A stretch of DNA of 64,000 nucleotides from a virus: UHGV virus genome UHGV-1579991, one strand, 5' to 3'. Below are positions 58,469-64,000 of the stretch, one piece after another. The position numbers and the translations under genes were made by a program. Under the pieces are notes generated by a model. That model was given only the letters and a program-made list of their open reading frames with translations, made no database searches and was not told the DNA's origin. How positions within the stretch are numbered: the first letter of the stretch is position 1; the number at the start of each line of letters is the position of its first letter.

Positions 58469-59530
58469 TTATTTTGTATTGCTACGCGTCATTGTTAAAT
58501 GACCGCAATCATACACATCAACTTCTGTTTTGCCAAGCATACATGTATGACAATTTATTTTGAAATCTGCTGCAGTGTAATCAGGATAGTTTAGCGGAGA
58601 TTCTTTTGACAAATCAATTTCAATTGTGTCAGTAGTTTTAAGTTGTTCAGTGCCTGCAATGATATCTGCAATAAGATTGATAACTTCTTCTTGTGAATCC
58701 CAATCAAACACAGTTATGCAACGATAGCCTGCATCAAGTGCAAGTTTTGTTTTGTTGTAATGGTATTGAGCACCAATAACATTGTTGTCTTTTGCTCGAC
58801 CAGTTAAATATGCAAAACTAACAGTGCAGTTGTGCGTAACTGTTGGACAAATTTCTATAAGTAACTTTGCAGGCTCATACTGCAAATCATATGTTTGATT
58901 ATTGATGTTAAACTCGTACTGTGTATCAATTGCCAACTGTCGTAATAACGCATCATGCCACATCATATTACATTTAGAAATTGTTTTGGATGACAATCTG
59001 CATTGCGGCAATTGACATGGCCAATCTACGCCGTACATTTGTTGTGTTGTTTGACGCATTTTGTTAACATCACCAAAATGATTGCCATATCGATGCTCTT
59101 TGGTTTTAAGCGACTGCTCAATATTGACATTGCCTACACAACCATAACGTTCAAGTTTTGTTGCAGCAGTTTTGCTAACATCACCATGCCCATTGCCAAA
59201 TTTGGCGACTTTAGTTGCAAGTATTTTATGACTTGGGCCAAATGCATTGCCATACAATTCTTGTTTAGTCGCAAGCATTTTGTCGATATTACAACCAGCG
59301 CCATAAGTGTTATGCATAGTTTGCATACGTTGTCGAATAAATTTTGGCACAGATAAAGGACTTTCTACACCATATTTGCGTAAGCAACTGATTTTGCATG
59401 CGTACTTTTGCTTGATGACAGAATGTGCATTTCGACGTCCTATGTAAGTGTTTTCTGATGTAGCAGCAAGCTCTGCATCTCTAAGAACTTCAAGTGCAGC
59501 AATTCGTGCTTCAATTTCTTCAGATGTCAT
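58469..59530 (-). CDS. homing-endonuclease-like paralog
   Basis: 353 aa; coiled-coil N-terminus (EIEARIAALEVLRD), YG-x-x-x-G-D repeats, LIEICPTVTHN...GYRCITVFDWD nuclease-like domain, VYDCGH tail. Confidence 0.55.
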   Translation of the reverse strand: MTSEEIEARIAALEVLRDAELAATSENTYIGRRNAHSVIKQKYACKISCLRKYGVESPLSVPKFIRQRMQTMHNTYGAGCNIDKMLATKQELYGNAFGPSHKILATKVAKFGNGHGDVSKTAATKLERYGCVGNVNIEQSLKTKEHRYGNHFGDVNKMRQTTQQMYGVDWPCQLPQCRLSSKTISKCNMMWHDALLRQLAIDTQYEFNINNQTYDLQYEPAKLLIEICPTVTHNCTVSFAYLTGRAKDNNVIGAQYHYNKTKLALDAGYRCITVFDWDSQEEVINLIADIIAGTEQLKTTDTIEIDLSKESPLNYPDYTAADFKINCHTCMLGKTEVDVYDCGHLTMTRSNTK

Positions 59531-59610
59531 TTTTTATCATATTGATAATTGTACAACATGCAAATGGCGTTTGCATTTGATGCAACAATGACTTAGCTTG
59601 TACAGTTTGC

Positions 59611-59647
59611 AAAAAAGAACCGCTTGCAATCTAATTGCAAGCGGTTC
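59611..59647 (-). terminator. intrinsic terminator downstream of the putative capsid gene
   Basis: aaaaaa-gaaccgcttgcaat-cta-attgcaagcggttc: 14-bp perfect stem, 3-nt loop, followed on the minus strand by a T6 run. Confidence 0.65.
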
Positions 59648-59876
59648 AATGAATACGTTTGTCAGAAACTGTCAATGGTGCAATCGCTTGAAGAGTTAGC
59701 TGAACAACTTGTTGATGCGATTGCTGCATTGGTGACTACCAAGCAGCCCATTGAACATTGGATTCGACATCAACGTCTTTGTGGTTGTTGTTAAACTCCC
59801 CAAGCCAGCAAGTATCATTTAGCAAGTTTCCAAACTTAACGTACTTGTCGTTCCCCGGCTTGGGTGGCGCAGGTTG

Positions 59877-61592
59877 TCAAATCCAGCCGTAGTCGCTGTG
59901 GATAGCGAAGGTGAGGTAAGCCAACTCGGGATACATACCCGTCTCCGCGAGAGCGTAATCCGACTCAATCAGCAACTTAGGCGCTGCTGTACCTTCGGCT
60001 GTTAATTCCACACTTGATGCAAGGTCATATGGCATGAATACGCATCCCTGGTTGACATTCTCTACGTCAACGCCGTCAGCAGTTTTGTTCGTACGAAGAA
60101 CGAGAACAGTGTTATCGTTCAGCGGCTGCTTAGGATTGCAATAGATTTTAATGCCAGCAAGGTCACCTGCATAATACAGGTTCTTGTTGTCCTGTACCAG
60201 CGTATTGTCAAGAGCTGCAACAAAGTTCTTCTGAGCCTTAATTGCAACCAAGGCAATCGTATTGACCACGGCAGCATCACCGGCACCGAAACGCGACAGG
60301 TTGCCAATGATTGCCGAAGCAGCCAGGATACGAGTTGCGATACGAGCCTGACGGGTAATCTGGTTCTCAGCCGAGCTGTTCGATTCAGCGTTCGGAACCA
60401 TACCGAATTCAGCCGTACGGTCTACACCCATCTTGTCGACAAATGCAGGAGCCTGGAATTCTGAGAATGCCTTGGCGGTTGAACCAGCGTAGCCAATGTA
60501 CAAGTTCAGGTTGTAGCCCTGAGCAGCCAACAGCTGAGCATGTGTCGTAACACCAAGTGCACGCATGCGCTTCAGACCATTGTCGTTAATTGACTGCGTG
60601 ATTTCATTCTGCATTGCATTCTTGATGATTGCAACTGCATCCAAACCGCGAGCACGGAGGTCCTTAACCTGTCGACGAGTCAGAGCACCCCAAGTCTGGT
60701 ACGTCTTAACTTCGATAGCCTTTGAGAAGGTGCGGAGCTCCAGCATGTTCGGGTTGCCAGCCTCAGCCTCAGAACGAGACATTGGGTTGCCGTCAATGTC
60801 ATCCATTGCAGCGAAGCCGTGGATGTGTTCGTCACCAGCCGAAACCAGGTCGAACATAACCTCAGTCATGCCAGTCAGCATGTCAGTTACAGCACCTGCA
60901 GCGTCAACCGAGTAGATTTTCGATGCAGCCATTGCAACATCAGCCAACGACTTGTCAGGAGCAACTGTCATTGCGCCACCTGCGCCTACAGTGTACACGC
61001 CCTCATTGCGAACTACGAGGTAGCCTGCAACACGCGATACCTGTACAAACGTTACCTTGGCAGCAAGCTCACCGGCAGCTGAACCGCCGATGTACAGAAC
61101 TTGACCCTTCTTGAGGCCATGAACCATTGTCTGCGAAGCAACATTGTACAACTCCTTCCACTTGATGAGGAAGTAACGAGGACCCTTGGCTGCATTCAAC
61201 TTGCCACCGCCATATACGTAGTCTACATAGTCCAGCTGAACCAGCGGGCTGTAAACAGGAATGGTCGGGAGCAGGTCGAACAGAATCGTGTTGGCTGCGA
61301 TGTTCATGTTCAGAGCCAGAACATTGGCAGCTACATCTATTGAACCACGCTTACGCGACGGGTCATGGAACTGTGCTTGCGTACCTGGGTCAGCAGGGAA
61401 AGCGACCGGACCTACGCCATTGAGATTCTGCGAATACGTCGACTCAAACGACTCGTTCATATACTGAACGTTCTGAGCGATTGATGCGAGCAGATACTTC
61501 TTAGCGGGCGAGAGCTTGGAGTCAAACGACTCATCAAGAACAGGACCCCACTTTTTCAGCAATGCATCAATCTGTGTACGTTTTGCGTTCAT
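59877..61592 (-). CDS. putative major capsid protein
   Basis: 571 aa ORF in a locally GC-richer stretch with distinct codon usage (highly expressed gene signature, judged by eye), followed by a strong intrinsic terminator; no catalytic motifs. Functional call is inference, not a recognised motif. Confidence 0.4.
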   Translation of the reverse strand: MNAKRTQIDALLKKWGPVLDESFDSKLSPAKKYLLASIAQNVQYMNESFESTYSQNLNGVGPVAFPADPGTQAQFHDPSRKRGSIDVAANVLALNMNIAANTILFDLLPTIPVYSPLVQLDYVDYVYGGGKLNAAKGPRYFLIKWKELYNVASQTMVHGLKKGQVLYIGGSAAGELAAKVTFVQVSRVAGYLVVRNEGVYTVGAGGAMTVAPDKSLADVAMAASKIYSVDAAGAVTDMLTGMTEVMFDLVSAGDEHIHGFAAMDDIDGNPMSRSEAEAGNPNMLELRTFSKAIEVKTYQTWGALTRRQVKDLRARGLDAVAIIKNAMQNEITQSINDNGLKRMRALGVTTHAQLLAAQGYNLNLYIGYAGSTAKAFSEFQAPAFVDKMGVDRTAEFGMVPNAESNSSAENQITRQARIATRILAASAIIGNLSRFGAGDAAVVNTIALVAIKAQKNFVAALDNTLVQDNKNLYYAGDLAGIKIYCNPKQPLNDNTVLVLRTNKTADGVDVENVNQGCVFMPYDLASSVELTAEGTAAPKLLIESDYALAETGMYPELAYLTFAIHSDYGWI

Positions 61593-61680
61593 GATTGAAT
61601 TTGTTTGTTATTGAAAGTGAAACATATATTTCTGTATAATATGTATAGAACTACTGACATTGATTGAATTGTGAAAATGG

Positions 61681-62970
61681 TCATTTTTCAATCTTTTTGA
61701 GCAATGCATGACCGCAATCATAGACTTCGACGAAGCCTGAAGCAATCAATGAGTCAACATCTATAGAAGACGTTCGTATAATATGTTCGTGTGTCTTGAT
61801 ATTGTATAGATGACACTGAACCCATGTTTTGACGACTTCATAATTTGGATACAATCGAGGGTCTTCTTTTGACAAATCAAGTTCTATGACATCATCAGTT
61901 TTGAGCTGCTCAGTTTTGTTTATGACATCTCTAATGTGCAGCAACATATCATATCTACAATCCCAGTCAAATATTGTTATACATCGATAGCCATTGCGTG
62001 CTGCAACATCTGTTTTGAATTTGTGAGCATACGCAGGTTTGGCGTCATTATCAACAGAATGCCCAGTTATGTAACCAAAGCCCTTTGTTGCATTGTGTGT
62101 AACAGTTGGATTGATTTCAATTACAACAGCATCTTTTCGCAAATCATATAACAAGTTCTCAATAGGATGCTCAGTAACAAAATCAAGATTGCAAGAATGT
62201 TTCAAATCCCATTGCCACGACATATTGATGTTTGATGTCAACCTTGCAGATGCTTGCGGCAATTGCAATGCATGTTCTACACCATAGCGTTCACGTAATG
62301 TTGCATGAGCCTTTTGCATATTTTGCATTGCTGGACCCCAATGCTTAAATTTTGTTGCATTTATCTTCGCAATTTTGTCTGGCAGCTTATTTGTACTATC
62401 TACACCATATTTAATAAGACAGCTGATGCGAATATTGTATTGTCGTTTTATTCGAGAATGTGATGTAGCACATCTACTAAATCGTTCAAATGGTGTTGAT
62501 GCAATCAATGCATCTCGTTCTGACTCAAGAGCTTTGACATGTTCAAGCACTTCTGCTGGCACATTATCATAGTCAATCACATATTGCTGACGTGGTTGCG
62601 TTACATGAGTTTTGCCATATGTCTTAAGCTTATTGATTTGCATGCTATACTTTCTGCGTATATGTGGATGTCTTGATGCATCAGATTGCGCAATTTCATG
62701 CTCTCGTTGCTCTTCAAGTTTAGCTATTTGCTCAACAATAGCTGGTTCAATGTCTGGTTTGTCTGATATGACTATACTTTTAAGCTCATCAAGACGTTTG
62801 TTTAGATATTTGACACGTCTTGTGTATGTTATCTTTGCAACTTGATGGTTTGTATGATGCTTACCTACTTGCTGTTCTGGTTGATTCAGCGTGTCATCAA
62901 GGCGTTGCTTAGCGAGCTCAAATTCATTATCAAGCCATGCTTTGTGTGTGTCAAATTCGTCTTGTGTCAT
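61681..62970 (-). CDS. homing-endonuclease-like paralog
   Basis: 429 aa; coiled-coil region, YG repeats, VVIEINPTVTHN...GYRCITIFDWD nuclease-like domain, FVEVYDCGHA tail. Confidence 0.55.
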   Translation of the reverse strand: MTQDEFDTHKAWLDNEFELAKQRLDDTLNQPEQQVGKHHTNHQVAKITYTRRVKYLNKRLDELKSIVISDKPDIEPAIVEQIAKLEEQREHEIAQSDASRHPHIRRKYSMQINKLKTYGKTHVTQPRQQYVIDYDNVPAEVLEHVKALESERDALIASTPFERFSRCATSHSRIKRQYNIRISCLIKYGVDSTNKLPDKIAKINATKFKHWGPAMQNMQKAHATLRERYGVEHALQLPQASARLTSNINMSWQWDLKHSCNLDFVTEHPIENLLYDLRKDAVVIEINPTVTHNATKGFGYITGHSVDNDAKPAYAHKFKTDVAARNGYRCITIFDWDCRYDMLLHIRDVINKTEQLKTDDVIELDLSKEDPRLYPNYEVVKTWVQCHLYNIKTHEHIIRTSSIDVDSLIASGFVEVYDCGHALLKKIEK

Positions 62971-63095
62971 ATGTGTAGTACCTGATTAATCATGTTATAT
63001 ATCATATGACTGCTAACTACTTTGCACACAACAAAAAGAAGCCAAGTCATTTTGACTTGGCTTCAAATTATTCTAACTTATTGATAGTTAATAAG

Positions 63096-63671
63096 TTAAA
63101 ATTGAGAACCTACAACGCGTGGCACTGCAAGTTCGCTGGTAAGAACGACTTGACAAGTGTAAATGTCGTCACTATTCTTGTCATGTGAATCAACTGCGCT
63201 GATAGGACCCTTAGGAAATCCATTCTTGTACGACGTTACTCTCCAGGCTGTTCCAACCTGATTATTTTCAACGAGAATCCAAGAACCCACATAGCCCTTC
63301 TTGAGACCCATGGCTCCCGTGAGAGGATTCCTGCGTTTCGCATTCCAACTTTGGAAAGCATTGTAAATCACAGGGTCATTGGTGTCTGGTCCATGCAAGT
63401 TCAGATTCATTGTGATAGTCAGGTTGTGAATGTTGCTGACTGTCAATGCTGAGAACTGACGAGACTGATTTTGCGCAACTTTTTGTGAAACCACATCAGG
63501 TGCATTGTCAAGTGTGCCCAAACCTGAAATTGACTGAATTTGCTCATCAATTGTATCTGGAATCACAACGCCTGCAGGTGGCATAAGTGTGAGCTCGAAC
63601 AATGAACTGAACACGGGTTCAGCATATTCGGCAGTCACTTCGCTGTTTTTGATATGCGGTAACTTCGGCAT
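63096..63671 (-). CDS. hypothetical protein (possibly structural)
   Basis: 191 aa ORF adjacent to the putative capsid region. Confidence 0.45.
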   Translation of the reverse strand: MPKLPHIKNSEVTAEYAEPVFSSLFELTLMPPAGVVIPDTIDEQIQSISGLGTLDNAPDVVSQKVAQNQSRQFSALTVSNIHNLTITMNLNLHGPDTNDPVIYNAFQSWNAKRRNPLTGAMGLKKGYVGSWILVENNQVGTAWRVTSYKNGFPKGPISAVDSHDKNSDDIYTCQVVLTSELAVPRVVGSQF

Positions 63672-63704
63672 GATTGTAATGTTTGTTAAATTGTTCTTGT
63701 TTTG

Positions 63705-64000
63705 TTATGCGTCATCGTACAGTGAATGACTTATCGTCATCTTCTGTAGTAGTTGGGTCATCAATTACATCGTGGCCAATACCTGACATGGGCTCTGGCT
63801 CAGGTTCCGGTTCTGGTTCCGGTTCTGGTTCCGGTTCTGGTTCCGGTTCTGGTTCCGGTTCTGGTTCCGGTTCTGGCTTTGGCTCCGGCTTAGGCTCTGG
63901 CTTAGGCTCTGGCTCAGGTTCCGGCTCAGGTTCCGGTTCTGGTTCCGGTTCTGGTTCCGGTTCTGGTTCCGGTTCTGGTTCCGGTTCTGGTTCCGGTTCT
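63705..64000 (-). CDS. hypothetical protein with (Glu-Pro)n / (Lys-Pro)n dipeptide-repeat region, partial (N-terminus beyond window)
   Basis: Minus-strand frame is open from the window edge to stop TGA at 63707..63705; ggttccggttct repeats translate as EPEPEP...EPKPEPKP, ending ...[29 protein letters not shown]. Confidence 0.5.

Noticed and set aside
1-64000. rRNA genes or large GC-skew/composition islands indicating a bacterial chromosome segment
   Set aside because: No rRNA-like sequence was seen; gene content and density are phage-like throughout, with only local composition shifts at the capsid gene and at 50253-51125.

Overview
This window reads as a gene-dense segment of a large virulent dsDNA phage with a T4-like replication and nucleotide-metabolism gene set, nearly all encoded on the minus strand. 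All calls come from reading the sequence and the six-frame track by eye; no BLAST, HMM, tRNAscan or folding was run, so functions are motif-based inferences and coordinates of RNA and hairpin features may be off by a few bases. Recognisable genes: terminase large subunit (the main plus-strand gene), dihydrofolate reductase, NAD-dependent DNA ligase, FEN/RNase H-like 5'-3' exonuclease, AAA+ clamp loader, a large DExH helicase, both topoisomerase II subunits, a class II-like ribonucleotide reductase interrupted by an intein, dNMP kinase, a holin/M15-endolysin pair, and a putative major capsid protein. A minus-strand array of 7 tRNAs plus one tRNA-like fragment lies at 26.7-28.0 kb. Seven paralogs of a putative homing-endonuclease-like gene are scattered through the window, one of them frameshifted. 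The most interesting candidate is an apparent NDP-sugar biosynthesis cassette at 47-54 kb (sugar-phosphate isomerase, HAD phosphatase, kinase/nucleotidyltransferase fusion, next to the dNMP kinase), which may feed DNA hypermodification. No integrase, CRISPR array or rRNA was seen.
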